This document shows, in pieces, positions 10,914 through 23,966 of a stretch of DNA of 64,000 bases; position 1 is the stretch's first letter, and each line of letters begins with the position of its first letter. A program made the position numbers and the translations under genes. The notes under the pieces were generated by a model that searched no databases, was not told the origin of the DNA, and saw only the letters and a program-made list of their open reading frames with translations. This stretch comes from Eledone cirrhosa. Lineage: Eukaryota. Where the stretch lies: NCBI GenBank assembly GCA_964016885.1, contig OZ024744.1:35836001-35900000 (forward strand), read 5' to 3'.

Positions 10914-13279
10914 TAGGCATATTCCTAAAGTACACTTTTGTTAAAAAAATAAATGAGCATGCCATTTTCAGATGAACTTTTACTAGAAAATACTTGTGAA
11001 CATGTTAAAAAATATTAGAATTTAAAAAAAACTCTTGCACAATGTAGATTCTTTAACATTGATTAACTAATATAGAATTGCATATACAATACACGTGTAT
11101 GTAATAAAAATATAGTGTGCAATTTAACAGTTTATGAAATATAGTATTCTTCTTCAAATTGTTTAATGGATCAACTTTATTGCTTGTTCATCACTTATTT
11201 GTCAGTTTAATCTGATCATAAAATTCATAAAATACATAAATAGAATAAATTAAAATTTGCGAGGTATATTTATTAATATATTTTAATATTTATAATTATA
11301 TTATATTAATATTATAAATTTCAGATGTATAAAAGTCCAGTTGCTAAAGAGGAAAGTAAAAAGATTTGGGCACAAAATATTTGTCATTTTGAGAAGAGAA
11401 AGAAATCTAGGAAAACAGAAATTCCAAGTTCATTAATCGAATTATGCAAGCTACCTACTGAGCAACAGATCGTTGATAGATATATCACTCTTGCTACTGA
11501 AGAGAAAAATACCAAAAAAAGAATTAAGATAATTACTGGAGAATGTGAAAGTTTATGGGAAAAGTTCAGCTTTCCAACTATCAACAAACTTTCAATACCT
11601 CGAAAAATTGAAAAAATAATAAAAAAAAGGAAAAAGAAGTGAAAAGACCTGGCTCTGCGAATTTCAATAATCTGTTTGACATTATAAAAAGATATGGGAT
11701 ATGGTTAGCAGCCAAAGATTTGTCATTTTATGGAAAGCAAGTTGAGAGTTGTGGAAAGGCTGAGTATACTACAATGAAAATAGACAGTGAAAAGAAAATC
11801 CATCCTTCTAAGAGAATTAAAAACAAAAAACAAGAACTATATCACGATAAACCATCCTGCTCATACATCCTTCTGGACTCAAATGAAAGTTACAGTGACA
11901 CCGATACAAATACCAGCGATTACAAACCTTCACCTTCACCTTCACCAGAAAAAAAGCGAAAAAGAGAAAACACAGCTCATGCTGTTAACCTAGTAAGACA
12001 TACTAAATTACCTAGTAGAAAAACAGCAGCAGTTTGCAACGAATTTAAATGTGGTGGTATTAAGGTGAGCACCCCGTGTCAGTCGGCAATGCACAAAGCA
12101 GTTATCAGAGAAGGTGAGAAACTCATAGAAAAGTGGAAAAATGGAGCCTCCATTTTGATGGAAACGAATGAGAGACGTAGAATATCAGGTTGTAGTGATA
12201 AAAAATTATGAGAAAGAAATACACCTGAGGCCGATGGCATTAACCGATGGAAAGGCTCTTACTATATTTAATGGATTGAAAGAAGTTATTGACAAATATG
12301 AACTGTGAGAATCTATCGTGATGATAGTCTCCGACACAACTAGTGTCAATACCGGCAAAAAGGCAGGAGTTGTTGCCATGCTCAACAGTGAGTTCGTGCG
12401 TCGCAGTTACAGCAAGCCATTATATGTTGGATGCCAGCACCACATTTTAGACCGTGCATTGAAAGTTTATTTTGATCAACTATATAGTAGCAAAAAAACT
12501 TCGCCATATATAAATTATTACTTTGTTAAGGCCATTTTAAAGAACTATGACGAACTGAAGCAGAACTTTTCAAATGGAACGACGGAAATTAATGAAACCC
12601 CGACGCGCTGGAGAAGTGACATGGATTTCCTTCAGTATCTCATGATAGCCGTGCAACATTTCTTTGAAAACGGTGAGTTTCCTATAACAAATTTTAAGAA
12701 ATTACCTAATTTGCACAATGCTCGTTGGAATAGCCGAGCAATTTATTTGTTGCTTGGGTTTATTTTGATGCCTGATGAACGAGCGAAGCTGCGCGCTGGT
12801 GCCGAATACATCTGCGGAATGTGGGGAAAAATGTGTTTCTCAAGTCAACTGTATAGAGCTGACAGTAAGCAGAAACTCATTGACCAACTAATTAAGGCTA
12901 AGTGTGAAAAGGCTGCAAACACCGTCAAATTTTGGTCTAATGAAGAATATCCAATTGTGACGCAATACTCGAACATTTGCGCTGAACGAGCTGTAAAAGT
13001 TGTGCAGGACCTTTTGCCATTTTGTAAAAGTAGTAGAACCTTAGAGATTAAATTTTGTTTAACTAATAATTAAAATAAATTTTTTATTGTCATAATTCAT
13101 TGTTTTAGGTATTTATTTTATGGGACTGGCTAATTACCAAAAAATTAAAAATATAATTTAGTATGTGCAATAATTTTTTTCAAAATTTACAAAAAAACTA
13201 CTGTAATTCTTTCTTTATGACAAAAACCTCATTAGAAAATAACATGCTCATATGGGGTTGTAAAAAGGTCATATGCCTA
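10914..13279 (+). mobile_element. hAT-superfamily (hATm-like) DNA transposon
   Basis: Terminal inverted repeats TAGGCATAT (10914) / ATATGCCTA (13279), subterminal inverted ATGAGCATG..ATTTTC motif, perfect 8-bp TSD CTGTATAT at 10906-10913 and 13280-13287. Confidence 0.88.
11325..13073 (+). pseudogene. hATm-like DDE transposase, frameshifted
   Basis: Motifs DTTSVNTG, GCQHHILD, HNARWNSRAIY, SNICAERAVK match the hATm-type DTTxxNTG / CxHH / ARW / AERxVK pattern. Split over ORFs 11325, 11639 and 12318. Confidence 0.8.
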
Positions 13280-13519
13280 CTGTATATACTGATTTTTGGG
13301 TTCGCCTGAAACACTCTCTTCTGATATTAGAGTTATTTGCTGACAACATTCAATCCATGTTTTGGGGTGATCAACTAGAGTTTGGGGTGATCAAGAGTTC
13401 TGCTTGTACTGTCTACAAACATCATTTCTATTATATTTTTCACTCACTGTCGTTGCTAGGGAATTTAGACAGATGTTAACTTGCTAAAATGTAGGGACTT
13501 TAATTTGACGTAAACATTC

Positions 13520-14330
13520 GCCTCAAATTTTGTCAATATCACGCAGAATTTCATTATTTGGTTTCTTGTTAAATATTGTAGTTTTATATCTATTTTTGAG
13601 AGAAAGTTTCATACACAAAATAATCTGTTTAGAAGATTTCTCTAAAGTTACATTTTAGTTGTTTACACTCTTCACTTTCTTAGTTATATGTAGGCTTATT
13701 ATCATTGTCGGTATTTCGATATTGATGGTCAACGTAAATATCCTATTACGGATAAAATCTCGAGCTTCGAACTCACCAGGAAACAAACTCATTGGACAAA
13801 TAATTTTCTAAAGTGATCCCCGCCAGAAACGAATTGAAAATGGCTAAGAATTGTGACGTGGCAATGGTCAAGTCAGAAAGAATGTGATTTCCAAATGCGA
13901 ACGAAACCCGAGGGTAGAAACATAATCCTGGTAGGTGTATATGCATTTCTTCTAACTTTAATTTTATACCTAATTGTGTATGTTTGACGGTATATTTAAT
14001 CGATTTCTACGTGCTGTTGAAATGTTGGGTAAATATTATATGGCGGTTGGCCACGAAGAGATTGCTGTCGTTTATTTATCTACTATTTCTTCATAGGTGC
14101 CGTTTAATCTTATAGCCTGGTCTAATTGATTTTTTATGTGGTTAATTATGCTAATTGGGAGAGGAAATGGTGTATATATATTATCAAATGATTCTATGGA
14201 CATACTTTATAGTATATTGCTCTGATTATCTAATTTATTAATTCATCATTGAGCCACATCGTGAATGGTTGCCAAAACAAAAATATATATATCTGTGACT
14301 TTGTCTAGTTTGTGTATATGTAAATCTTTA
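13520..14330 (+). repeat. Composite copy of the 8695 repeat with an inverted segment (about 13757-13890); the 5' part matches 63797-63992
   Basis: 13757-13890 is the reverse complement of about 8765-8900. 13890-14330 matches 8915-9245 and 14570-15010. Confidence 0.8.
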
Positions 14331-14351
14331 TATTTAATAATCTCCCATTAG

Positions 14352-15007
14352 GTTGAGATGCAATTTGGGCAATATTGGGCTGCGCTTTCTAGCAACCAGC
14401 TCACTCGCTGTAAGCAACGAATCACATTCTTTCTGACTTGACCACTGCCACGTCACAATTCTTAGCCATTTTCAATTCGTTTCTGGCGGGGATCACTTTA
14501 GAAAATTATTTGTCCAATGAGTTTGTTTCCTGGTGAGTTCGAAGCCCGAGATTTTATCCTTAATAAGATATTTCTAAATGCGAACGAAACCCGAGGGTAG
14601 AAACATAATCCCGGTAGGTGTATATGCATTTCTTCTAACTTTAATTTTATACCTAATTGTGTATGGTTGACGGTATATTTAATCGATTTCCACGTGCTGT
14701 TGAAATGTTGGGTAAATATTCTATGGCGGTTGGCCGCGAAGAGATTGCTGTCGTTTATTTATCTACTATTTCTTCATAGGTGCCTTTTAATCTTATAGCC
14801 TGGTCTAGTTGATTTTTATGTGGTTAATTGTGCTAATTGGGAGAGGAAATGGTGTATATATATTATCAAATGATTCTATGGACATACTTTATAGTATATT
14901 GTTCTGATTATTTAATTTATTAATTCATCATTGAGCCACATCGTGAATGGTTGCCAAAACAAAAACATATATATCTGTGACTTTGTCTAGTTTGTGTATA
15001 TGTAAAT

Positions 15008-15012
<5 letters not shown>
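14352..15012 (+). repeat. Dispersed repeat, copy 3, ending in (TA)n
   Basis: Direct match to 8695-9245. Confidence 0.85.
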
Positions 15013-15076
<64 letters not shown>

Positions 15077-15080
<4 letters not shown>

Positions 15081-16036
15081 AGAGTATTGAAGTTTGCTTG
15101 AAGCATTGTGGAACAATAAGTAAATAACTTTAAGTCGTTTGGAAGCCTCGACAATGCAAATGGGTAAATCTCCGGGTAACAAGGTCCGGTGGCGGAGAGA
15201 GAGATGTAAGTGGGTGTACGTTGAGATGCGTGGTGTGTATAAGATGTGTGAGATGTGTAGAATGAAGAGTATAAAGGATAAAAATAAAAATAACAACACA
15301 AGAGAGAGTTACCTTGGGAGAGATTTAATAGTCCCTATATATTTCGGATTCACATCCATCAACTGGGGTTTTTTTCCGGGGTGGGGGAAAAGGTTGTCTG
15401 TCGGACAGGTCCGGAATGCGTCCTTCGCTGTTTGTTGTTTTGAATATCTGAGGTATTCGGCAGAGCGCGCGTGCGCGTGAAATGGGGTCGGTCGTACAGA
15501 GGTCAGCGGCCGAATGAGGGAGTGGGAAGGCGCTAGCTGTCAGTCCATTCTCTGCCTGTTTGTTAAATGTTACTGTATGTGTGTGTGCGTGTGTTGTTGT
15601 CTCGCTTGAGTGTGTGTGTGTGTGTGCGTGTGTTATTGCCTTGTTCATCTGTATTGGCAGTGTAGTATGTTCGTATGGTGGAATGCTACTGTGTGTGTGT
15701 GCGTGTGTGCGTGTAGTTGTCTCGTTTGCGTGTGTGTGTGCGTGTGTTGTGTGTTGTTGCATCGCTTGTTAACTTAAACGAGCCATCTCATTTCGCTTCT
15801 CTCTGATCGGTTGTTTATTTGCGGTTGCAGTCGTTTGATAAAAAGCGCTTCCTTGATACGTAACGTGCCGACGTTTCTTTCAGTCGCTAGAATTGTGACA
15901 ATGGGCCTTCCGTCTTTGTTTCCGCATTTGTCTATGTGTTTCCGGAAAGACGAGGCCCTGGTTTTAGTGTGTTCCTTGATCCGGATGTGCAAAGGTCGAA
16001 TTATGCTACCTATGTAGTATTGGTTGCACCTGTCAC
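15077..16036 (-). mobile_element. Penelope-like element 3' fragment (GIY-YIG endonuclease plus 3' non-coding end)
   Basis: CDRCNQYYIGSIIRPLHIRIKEH...IKEALFIKRLQPQIN in ORF 15774-16130. Terminates in (TA)n. Confidence 0.8.
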
Positions 16037-16343
16037 ATTCTATCTCTAGGCTATCATGGTGTCTGCTCCGCCTGGGTTGTTCCCTGTGGCTTGAGGGGAG
16101 TTCACAACCTAGGGTGTTGTTATTGCCCATATAGCTTGAGGGAGGTCTGGCCGAGAGGTGTTTTCATGTTCTGTAGAAGTCCCTATAGCTTGAGGGGAGT
16201 TCACATCTTCTTGTGAAAACACCTCTCGGCCAGACCTTCCTCAAGCTATATGGGCAATAACAACACCCTAGGTTGTGAACTCCCCTCAAGCCACAGGGAA
16301 CAACCCAGGCGGAGCAGACACCATGATAGCCTAGAGATAGAAT
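16037..16343. repeat. Inverted repeat with ~130-bp arms and a ~47-bp spacer, next to the Penelope fragment
   Basis: 16037-16165 is the reverse complement of 16214-16343. Confidence 0.88.
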
Positions 16344-17356
16344 CGGACACAGCCATAACAATCTGGCCAACATCTATAACACAAACACTTTTAATTTACC
16401 AGATTTCTGACTTTCAAGTTCCAATCTTAAATCTTGATTTCTCTTTATTAATTTGTTATTTGTTTTCTGCCCTTTTCACTGTATCACCTTATATTTATTT
16501 TAAGTTGAGATAGATTATAACACAAACACATTGAGTTTGAATATCTCATCTTAACATCTTGTCTCATACCAATCTATCCAGCATATTCTGACCTTGAGAT
16601 TGGTTATAGCACACACACACACACTTTATCCTACATTGTTTCTCACTTCTCCCTATACATTTTCATTACTTTTTCACCAATCTCTCATTTATTCTTTATT
16701 ATTTATTCTCTATTTATTTATTTATTTTCAAATTACACAAATTATATCAATTATTTTATTATATTATTTATTTATTTTCGGTTTTCTTCATTTATTGCCT
16801 AATATTTCTTCATATACATGGAATAACCCCCCCCCCACCACTACGATGGTGGCAGGAGGGATGAAGAAAAAACACAAACTGGATACTTCTAAATTATTAG
16901 CAACAGCAAGATATAAGCTGACCACAACACCAACAACACTACCAAAATAATGGTGGAGGTCAAATGTACTGAACAATAGCAGGCAAAAACACTACAGGGA
17001 GCCTCACCCCAGAAAGAATTCTATAGACTTCTGACTGAGGAATGCTCTCAGAACTGACCAATGGGAAGTTTGACACTTTTTTTCTTATTTTGTTCCTTTA
17101 ACACCTTGTCCCTTCTACCATTTTATCAATTTTTAAGCTAACTCCAACAATAACAACACTTAGAATGAGGAATGTTCTAATAACTGACCAATGAGAGGAG
17201 AAGGGGACCTTTGACACTGAAATTCGTTTGTTTGAATTCATATGACTCCAGTACCTCAGTGAATTAACAACCCAACAAGGAACTGGGCATATCAGAGTAT
17301 TGACAATATTATACACCTAAACAACATATGTACTTGTCTATACCATACTAATTCGG

Positions 17357-17411
17357 ACTGCCTGAAGAGGTCACAGCCAAAGATGGCTGTCACTGAAATA
17401 TATATAGCAGT
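17357..17411 (+). ncRNA. Type I hammerhead ribozyme with palindromic (TA) stem III
   Basis: Stem I ACTGC/GCAGT, CTGAAGA at 17362, stem II ACAGCCA/TGGCTGT, GAAA at 17395, TATATATA, followed by AATAAA. Confidence 0.8.
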
Positions 17412-17689
17412 AATAAACGAAGCTAAATTTTAATCATTTGACTTTTATTTAACTTTATTTTATATATATATATATATAAAACGAATGAAGTGTGGTAAGT
17501 AACCAGGTGGACCATAACGTACCAGAGTACTCAATACTTAGGGTAGTAGAGTGGGTAATAGGAAAATGTTCAAAACCCCGACGGCAGATCTCAAGCCGTT
17601 TCGACGGGTATTTCAGAAATAGCCGTCGAAACGGTTTGAGCTCCGCCGTCGTCAAGACCTTAGCGGTATGTCGTATAACCAATCTCTTA

Positions 17690-17760
17690 TATATTTTATC
17701 TGATGAAAACGTACTGAAACACCATTGTACCTTTGAAATATATATATAATAAAACATATA
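17690..17760 (+). ncRNA. Type I hammerhead ribozyme, AT-rich, with palindromic stem III
   Basis: Stem I TTTTAT/ATAAAA, CTGATGA at 17700, stem II AAA-GTAC/GTAC-TTT, GAAA at 17735, then (TA)5. Confidence 0.7.
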
Positions 17761-18025
17761 CTTTGGTTATGATAATAGTTCTGATTTATTAATATTTTGA
17801 ATAATATTATAGATACACATACACACACACACACACATATATATAAACACTGAAGTATACAGACGAATTTTTTATTTCTCTCTACCAAGTCAGTAGCAAG
17901 CTACACAGCTTTAAAGCCTATCTGACCCTACATACATATTTATATATATTTGTAACCACGTGCTTTTCCTACAAACTCGTAACTACGTTTTCTTAACTAC
18001 AGATTATTATATACACTCGTTTTTC

Positions 18026-18414
18026 TTTTAATATCTTCAAACAACCAAATAAGCAAAATCTCACATCCATAAGAGAGAATACATATATATATATATATAT
18101 GTATTCTATATATATATATATGTATTCTCCTGTCTTAACGACATCACAACTTTCTCCGCTTGGCCTGTTCCCCCCCTTTTGGAACTTTCCCCCGTTGATG
18201 GGCGTGAGCCCGAAATATTGGGATTAAATCTCCACTACGGTAACCCTTCTACCTTTGTTTTGTTTTCATCTTTGTCTCTCTCAATTTTCACTTTCACCTG
18301 TTTCTCCTATCTATCATTCACTTCCTACCTCGAGATTTCCCTCTGCATTGTTGTGGCTTTCTTAACTACGTATTTTACACATTTCACAATGCTTCAAGCA
18401 AACTTTAACACCCT

Positions 18415-18471
<57 letters not shown>

Positions 18472-18810
18472 TTCTTTAATATCTTCAGATAACCAAATAA
18501 CCAAAATCTCACATCCATAAGAGAGAATACATATATATATATATACGCTACTTTAATATCTTCAAACAACCAAATAATCAAAAATCTCACATCCATAAGA
18601 GAGAATACACATATATATATATATACGCTACTTTAATATCTTCAAACAACCAAATAACCAAAAATCTCACATCCATAAGAGAGAATACATATATATATAT
18701 ATACGCTACTTTAATATCTTCAAACAACCAAATAACCAAAAATCTCACATCCATAAGAGAGAATACATATATATATATATACGCTACTTTAATATCTTCA
18801 GATAACCAAA
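18026..18810 (+). repeat. ~79-bp tandem repeat (about 5 units) interrupted by a (TA)n-flanked insert
   Basis: Unit CTTTAATATCTTCAAACAACCAAATAACCAAAAATCTCACATCCATAAGAGAGAATAC(AT)nACGCTA repeated at about 18474-18810, with another copy at 18026. Confidence 0.88.
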
Positions 18811-18866
18811 GGCTCACTCACATAAGAAAAAGTATATACATATAATCTAAAAACACACACAAAAAC

Positions 18867-19200
18867 ATGACTACTAACCAGCAGGCCTACAACAGACGAA
18901 ATTGGTCTGATAATGAAATTGACCTCTTAATAAACACATGGTTTTCTCTTTCCCAAATGATAAACATTAACGCTTCGTGTTTGAATGAGATTGCTGAAAA
19001 ACAGCTCAAACATTCACCATGAGGTCTGTTAAGCAGATACACAACAAACTAGAACATGTCGAAGTCTCTTTCAAGCTAATTCAAAACCATTTTGAAAAAC
19101 TTCGATATATTTACTCTAATGGTCAAACACAACAACAGCAACAGCAACAGCAACAACAACAGCCAGGAAATCAGGAGCCACCACCACCACCACCACTACT
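18867..19200 (+). pseudogene. Frameshifted Myb/SANT-like DNA-binding domain fragment
   Basis: My translation from ATG 18867 gives MTTNQQAYNRRNWSDNEIDLLINTW..., then after a frameshift RSVKQIHNKLEHV and poly-Q/poly-P. Confidence 0.5.
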
Positions 19201-19482
19201 TAATTCCAGCATAATAGCTGAGTATTTTTTTTTTTATTCATTGACGAAATTTATTGACGAAATTCGAATGGACATTTTCATAAAATTTCACAGCATAAAC
19301 ATAGAATTTTAAGCGAAGCTACCTTTGTAGAAATAGTTAAGATAAAGGAAGATAGAGGTCGGGATTAATAAGATAAGGGGAAGGTGACACTTAGATTTTT
19401 GTTTCAAAATATGGCTGCAAGCAGGGTTCTACATATTCACATAAGATGTAGACACTTATAGGCTTTATATCACGGTTTACCA

Positions 19483-19866
19483 TTAACTTTCAAAATTTGA
19501 TTCAGTGGAATGATACGTAATACCCCCCACCACCCCACACACAGCCCCGGCAGACAGAATGGAGAAGGCGTTTCTCCGGAGGACGGCAAGGGAGACGCGC
19601 TGGAAAAGCCACTCCAACTCGCAGGGATCACACCTGCGGTTGGCCAGCGCAGCGCCTATGGTGGTGAGTAGGGATGTAGCCCTAGGGCCGAGGACACCAG
19701 AAGTCTCCACTGCCAAGGGTACAACCGCAAACCTGTCGGAGAGCGACCGGTATTTGAGGAGTTTGGTCCCCTCAGTCCGACGTGCAGCAGAACCTGGGTC
19801 AGTCGCAGACTGCACCAGGTTGCTGCTACAGAAAGTATCGGTGCAAGTGGCATCTGAACGACAGTA
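19483..19866 (-). mobile_element. CRE-clade non-LTR retrotransposon 3' fragment (restriction-like endonuclease end)
   Basis: DATCTDTF...KLLKY...VPLAVETSGVLG...WLFQRVSLAVLRRNA is typical of the CRE C-terminus. Truncated against (TC)n. Confidence 0.78.
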
Positions 19867-19873
19867 CTTCTCC

Positions 19874-19956
<83 letters not shown>

Positions 19957-19959
19957 TTC

Positions 19960-22900
19960 TCACAGCAACCACCACAGTTATCACCGTCGTCATCCTCACC
20001 ACCGCTGCCACATCAACTGCTGGTAGTGGACCACTGCTTTCTCTCCGACCACTCTCACAGATATCACCACAGTTATCATCATGATCATCATCGTCGTCAG
20101 CACCGCTGCCGCTATCGTATTCTACCCTGTCAACTACTGCTAATAACAAACGACTGCTTTCTTCCCCCACATCGCCACCACAGTCATGCTTTAGTAAAAA
20201 GACCCTTAAAAAATCTATGAAGCTGTATGCACCCCCCATTACAGAAACAAGAAACCCCAAAATATGCCGCTACTCACTACGTCAGAGGCTCAGCACACGT
20301 AGCGACTGCATATTTACCCCTTTACTATGTATTAGACGTACATACACTTCCAGCCAACACCAAAGCACGCTTCCCACACGCATAAGTCGGAGTCCCAAAA
20401 TCTGCCGACATTCCCAACGCGAGAGACTATGTCTGCTGACTGACTGTCCCTTCACTCATCTTCCTGGGACACAACGCACGAACAGAGAAGGGGATCCATG
20501 CCAACACACAAACCACAATAAAGCCACCCCTTGCTGCAGTAATGCTGGTCGAGTCTTTTCACAAAGACAGAAATGCAACAACAACAACAAATACAACAAC
20601 AACAAAACAAAAACAACAAAAGAGGGAACTACAACCCTATTCCAACAGTGTAACCACAATTCCAGTCAAAAGCTGCTCCTTAAACAAAATTTTATTTCTT
20701 TTGTAGCCATGTTGAACCTGGCAAAAGAGATACAGAAAATCCTTTTAGCCATCACTCAACACCATGCTATGATATTACTCCAGTGCACCAAACCCCACAT
20801 AGCTGTCACTAACACACAATCTCAAAACAAGCCCTCTGCAACAGTCAGAACCAGCCACTACACTAGCTTCCACATTTCTACTCAATACACAAGGTATCAG
20901 CCCATCCACCAATGCACAGAAAATCCATTGACTCCACATCCCTTTCTTCCTTCTTACTGAGACCCACCTTGACAACTCCCACTTGGAGGCCGAAGTAAGA
21001 GTGACGAATTTCACAACCATCCACGCGGATCGTGTTGACAGAAGGAAGGGTGGAACTGCCATTTGTTTGCATGATTCCTTTACAGCAGATGGTAACGCAA
21101 CTTTCTCCAATGGCTACTGTGAATCAGTCACTGCACTGTGCACAACAAAGCCAATATCCTGATATTAGTTGGGCTCTATAGGCCACTCCAAATACCCATA
21201 ATGCGCTTCAAAGAATGCCTCAACTGCATTAAGTGCTTTATTCAACAGTGCCATTCTAGTAATATACTTTTGATGGGAGACTTTAATCTACCCTGTGTCG
21301 ATTGGTCTACAAGCAGTTTGAAACCAGGCACTCCCATCTCAACCACTGACAAGGAAGCAGTCGAGTCACTTCTCGACTTTATGAATGAGTTTTTCTTGTC
21401 CCAACTTGTCCTTGCACAAACAAGGCATCAGAAGAACATTTTGGACCTAGTGTTACTAGACACTAACACTATACATAATATTACAGTGAAAAACCCTTCT
21501 CTCAGACTATGACATGGTTCTTTGTAACCTGAGATTCCACCAGCCGAAAGCTAATTCCAGGGACCTCTTTCCAGCCCACCCATTTGATAACATGGATCTC
21601 TACAATGCCAACTGGGATGCAATCATGAACGAACTATCACATGTTGAATGGTCTTTTACACACGCACTCATTTGCACGAACATCAAAACATCTTGGCAGA
21701 TCTTTGTAGACACTGTCACAAATATATGTGCAAAACACACCCCACCAAAACATGTGAACAAAACTAAGTGCAGTATCCCCCAAAACAGAAAAACTATTAT
21801 CAGATAAATAAAAAGAACAAACAAAAATTAACACACTAAAATACTGCCAACAGCAACAGACACATTCGACGGCTATCACCCTGCTTGAATCAAAATAATA
21901 AAACTTCCAACAATGCACGAAGACCATCATCAATAACCAGAGAACCGCTGAAGGGAGGTGGGCCATTGAGAAATCAAACTCAACCCCAAAGTGTTCCTTT
22001 CTTTTGCTAAAAAATACAAGGTCACCGTCTCCACTGTTGGACCCCTAGTTGATGAAAATGGCACACTCCAGGATAATGCCAAAACCATGGGCGAGATACT
22101 GCAGAAACACTACTGCTCTGTTTTCAGCAATCCTGATATGACTGATCTGGGCCGTATCAGTGATGTTAATCCCCAACACACTATATCGGACATAACGTTT
22201 GGCGCCCCTGATGTCTTAGCGGCAATCAACGAAATTAAACACAATTCAGCAGTAGGCCCCGATAGGTTACCTGCTTGTGTCCTGAAGGTGTGTCGACACC
22301 AGCTTGCATCTCCTCTTGCTAATCTGTGGAGGAACTCACTGGACACTGGCTATATTCCTGAAAACTTTCTGTCTCAGTCCGTTGTCCCAGTTTTCAAAAA
22401 TGGAAACAAGTCCCTTGCAGTGAACTACCATCCGATCTCACTCACCTCTCATATTATCAAGGTATTTGAGAGGGTGGTGAGATCACGAATAACCCACTTT
22501 CTCGAAAGCAACGGACTGCTGAACTCTTACCAACATGGGTTCCATGTTGGAAGGGACTGCCGAACGCAGTTCCTGCATCACTTTGATGATGTTTTGAGAG
22601 CCTTGGGAGAGGGCTCCAACACTGATGTCATCTACCTTGATTTCAGCAAGGCCTTTGACAGGGTTGATCATAAGATTCTACTGAAAAAACTATCCAATGT
22701 TGGTGTCTCTGGAAGGTTACTACAGTGGATCAAATGTTTCCTGACAGGCAGAACCCAGCATGTTGTAGTCGAAGGATTAAATCAAGCACTGCCAAAGTCA
22801 GCAGTGACGTCCCACAAGGCACTGTGTTGGGCCCACTTCTTTTCATCATCTACATTAATGACATTACTGACATCATCAAGCGCAGCAACATCAGAATCTT

Positions 22901-23848
22901 CGCAGATGATTCCAAGCTCCAAAGGGTCATCAATGAGGTGGGTGACCGGACTTGCCTTCAGTCATATCTACTGGCTGTTATCCAATGGGCAGAAAAGAAT
23001 AATATGCTGTTGAATGAGGATAAATTAGAATTAATCTACTTTGGAAAAAAGGATGCCCTGAAACTACCGTACTCTCTTCCTTCGGGTGAAACTCTAGTGG
23101 CATCCAATAAAATCGGAGACTTGGGAGTAATTGTGACAACAACATAGGCTGGGCCACTAATATAAACTACAAAGTTGACATGGCTCGTAGTATGTGTTCC
23201 TGGATTCTCAGAACCTTCCACTCGAGAGATATCCACACTGTTATCCTTCTCTTCTCCCATTTTCCCGAGCCGACCTTGAATACTGTTATCCACTGTGGTC
23301 TCCCCACACGAAACAAAGTATCATGAAAGTTGAAGCACCCCAAAGATCGATTACAAAAAAGATAGATGGCATGACAGGCCTTGACTATTGGAGTCGATTA
23401 GAAAAGCTCAACCTTTCTCTTCAATGTCGCCGTGAGCGCTACATTATCTGTATGATGTGGAAAATATTCCATCAGCTTTGCCCAAATGATGTTGACATCA
23501 CCTTTAATATACACCCAAGGCTTGGGCCCCGTGCTATCCGCTCACGACAAAAATCTCACTCGCATCACATAACAACAATATTGCACAATTATTTCACCTC
23601 AATTGGCCCCGATCACACCAAAACACATTAAAACAGAAACAGACCCCATCAAGTTGAAGAAGTCTTTGGAGAAATTCCTTCAAGAATTCCGGGATATGCC
23701 TCCGTAAACAATAACTCTCTGCTCGAGTGGGCCATGGTGCCCAAACCCTGATTTGTAAGACTTCGCCAGGTGGTGCTATTAAGTTAGACATGGGCTGGGC
23801 CAATACTGGGCGAAACCTATCTAAGTTATCAAAGTTATTAAAGTTACA
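19960..23848 (+). mobile_element. Decayed CR1-type LINE (ORF1 remnant, AP endonuclease, RT)
   Basis: Motifs LTETHL, LYRP, MGDFNLP, ILDLVL, YHPISLTS, YLDFSKAFDRVDH, VPQGTVLGPLLFIIYIND, IFADD, YCYPLWSPH, RRER. Many frameshifts; short AAGTTAT-type tail. Confidence 0.85.
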
Positions 23849-23865
23849 CACACACATATATATAC

Positions 23866-23966
<101 letters not shown>

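Noticed and set aside
18474-18810. Regularly spaced repeats resembling a CRISPR array
   Set aside because: Whole units are identical apart from (AT)n length. There are no unique spacers or cas genes, and the context is eukaryotic.
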